Assembly (NCBI GenBank): GCA_964270895.1
Contig: OZ185440.1
Direction: 5' to 3' (one strand)
DNA length: 64,000 nt
Source: Podarcis filfolensis
Lineage: Eukaryota
Below the pieces are notes generated by a model. That model was not told the origin of the DNA. It did not search any database and worked only from the letters and a program-made list of their open reading frames with translations. The stretch's first letter is position 1. Each line of letters begins with the position of its first letter. The translations under genes and the position numbers were made by a program. Shown here piece after piece: positions 61,485-64,000 of the stretch.

Positions 61485-63599
61485 GAAACTGAGATCTAAC
61501 AAGCAATCAACTGGTTGTTGGGGCTTGCACGGGATTGTGCATAGAGCTTTGCAAGCATTAACGAGCAACTCATCATCAGGGCTTGCCAAGGGCTGTGCAA
61601 TGCACTATGAAAAAATAGGGTCATGTGGCATCAGGCGACTGATATGTGGGTGGTCCAACCTCTTGTTAAACTTGACTCACAGGTTGGGAGTGGGTGAGAT
61701 AAGGATCTGGCCCACTGGCTGGATCCAGCTACTCACTCCTGGTGTAGACTCTGTTTGCATGATAAAGAGTTCTGCAAAAAGCAGGGCTCTCTCTCACATA
61801 CACTGTTTGTACACATCATAGTCTCTGCAGCATGTGGACAGTCCAAGTATCACTACAGAACCTGAGCTTGGAAAGTGCACATTACAACACAGAAGAAATG
61901 TAACTTAAATGGAAATAAAAGTCTTAGAGTAGAAGGGTTCTTCAGCTAAAAGAGAGGTTACACCAAAAATCGTAAGGTGTGTAATATTTTAAGTGTGAGA
62001 GGCAGCCATATTTGACATGACGACCTTCTTGGAAGAAATACGACATACTGAATACGTTTGTGGCATGCAATAATATAGCAGGATTGAGGAGCAATAGCAC
62101 AAATGGACAGCAGTAGATAACAAGGGGCATGAGTATGCTACACTGGATTGTCAATTTCACTCTTTAATTTCAAAAAGGACTATTTTCTTGTTCTCTACAA
62201 TCACGTCTAAATACATATTTAGAAAATAAATATCTGTTTTCCATACCGAGTCATGCATATCAGCTCTGCAATCACTTTCAACAAGTCAAAGCTCTTGTAT
62301 ACCTGCAGAGCTCTTAGCCTCTGGTATTAAGTATAAATTCCATTCACCACCAGTAACTTGTACACATAGTGAGAAAACAGAGATAGCAGCATATGTTGAG
62401 GGATAGGTGCTGGGTGGTGGTTGCTATCTCTTCACCTAGGGTGCAATGCAAGCTGCTCCATCGAGTGCTAATAATGCTCTTCATTGTCACATAGAGAAAG
62501 GAGAAGGGAGGGGGGAATCAATTACCTATAAATTCTAAATAGAGATGATGCAAGTTGGAAGGAATAAATAAATATATAAATAAATCAGCAGATTCCCCCA
62601 GCCAGAGAGTGCCTAAGGCAGCTTTGACTAATTTTAGTTTCCCTGTTGACTCCTGTTCTGTTTGGTTCATTGACTGCTCATGCCTTTTAGCTGCTGATGG
62701 CTTTACTGCAACCCAGAAGCTCATGTGGGATGGCCTAAAGCATACAATATACCAAAATGTTTTAAATAAAAGAAATGATATTGTGATGATGGAAGATATG
62801 GATGGTGGAAAATCTTGTTTTTGTTGAGATCTCCCTATGTAGGTGGGCAGAGAAGCTTCCGTGGAGATTGGAAGCTTGCCCAATCCAGCTGGTAGAGGAA
62901 GTGGCACCTGAAATGAGGGCAAGTGAGCAGTGGACTTGGGCTCATCCAGACTTCCTTTTGGGCTGCATTTCTAGGAAGAGGTATATTCTTTAAAGCTCCA
63001 TGTCTAGGCACTCTTCTTTTTGTCCTAGTGCTTTCCCCACAAAAACCCACGCTTTACTGCTGAACCAGAGCAAATGGCAATCTGTGGAAAACCCGGATTG
63101 CTGTTTGTTCCCCATCAGTGTTAAAGAGCAGATTTTCCTGGAGAAATTGGCAGGGCAAAAATAAAAATGCTTGGACACAGAGCTTTAAAATGCCAACCTG
63201 TGCCTAGAAAGCATGTTGAAAGGTCCACCCCTCATTAATTTGTTTACTCCCCTTTTAAAGTCATGCATTTCAGTGGCTATCTCCATATCCTGAATCAGCA
63301 AACTACATCATTTAGTTATTATGCAGTTCATTAAGAGCTGCTTGTTTTGTCTGTCCTGAATCTACTGAGTCAGCTTCACTAGGTGCCCAGAGAGGGAGAA
63401 GAAGGCCCACTTTCTCTACATCATTCATCATTTCTTTTTATCCCCCAAAAGCAACCTCTATCATCTCCCCTTAGATATATGTTTTCTAAACTAAAAAGTG
63501 TCTTCCTGCATATGAAATGTACTCCATTCCTTTGGTCTTTTCTGTTGCTCTATTTGGTATGCTTTCCAGCACCATGGTATGTTTAAACTCTGCACAGCT

Positions 63600-63790
63600 T
63601 TCCAGTTGTGCCATTATGACACTGTTTTCTCTTCAGTCCCTTTCCTAATGATCTCCGACATTTGCCTTTACCAGAACTGTATACTGAGTTGAGGTTTCCC
63701 CTAAGCTGTCACTCAAAGATATCTTTCTTGGCTAGTCACTGCCAGGCTCAGAGATTCCCAAGTATCTCCTAGCCATCAGCTCCCATTTGC
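63600..63790 (-). pseudogene. CR1 ORF2 C-terminal relic
   Basis: tccctttcctaatgatc...ctgtcactcaaagatatctttc..gtcactgccag is the reverse of the CR1 ERDLGV..MS.QC...KKAN.MLG.I.KG region. Heavily decayed. Confidence 0.6.
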
Positions 63791-64000
63791 CACCTGTTCT
63801 GTGATAACTACAGTGTGCCCAGCAAAGGAAATGCATCCTTTGAAACAGTATGTATAGGTTGGCAAAAGAACAGGACTGTCAAATTATGTAAGGCATGCAT
63901 AGATGAGAGCATTTTAACAGGTGCAGCTTTTTCTACTACTGAACCACTATAGTGTACGTGCAAAAATTCTCCCTTTTCAGCAGCCAGGAAGACATGCAGA

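Noticed and set aside
1-64000. CRISPR array, operon or other prokaryote-type system
   Set aside because: No regularly spaced repeat-spacer array and no gene-dense coding. The window is vertebrate non-coding DNA.

Overview
This is non-coding vertebrate DNA: CpG-depleted, rich in microsatellites and dense in transposon relics. I recognise no protein-coding exon, functional tRNA/rRNA gene or CRISPR array. The supplied ORFs look like chance frames or pieces of decayed LINEs. The repeat landscape includes Sauria SINEs ending in (ACCTTT)n, L2 and CR1 LINE fragments, CORE/MIR-like SINEs, tRNA-headed SINEs with a CR1-like tail, hAT-type and Tc1/mariner-type MITEs and solo LTRs. This points to a squamate, most likely a lacertid lizard, and to a large intron or gene desert (inference). 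Family names come from my recall of consensus sequences, not from a database search. TIRs, TSDs, palindromes and within-window alignments were read directly from the sequence. I found no evidence of a new multi-gene system. The most unusual observations are: a clean 36-bp micro-inversion inside a young Sauria SINE, a second Sauria SINE flanked by a 59-bp direct repeat, a 5S-rRNA-headed SINE with an L2-like tail, one clean solo LTR plus two abutting LTR-like blocks, an internally deleted CR1, and a CpG-enriched unique segment at about 34.2-35.0 kb with candidate splice signals.
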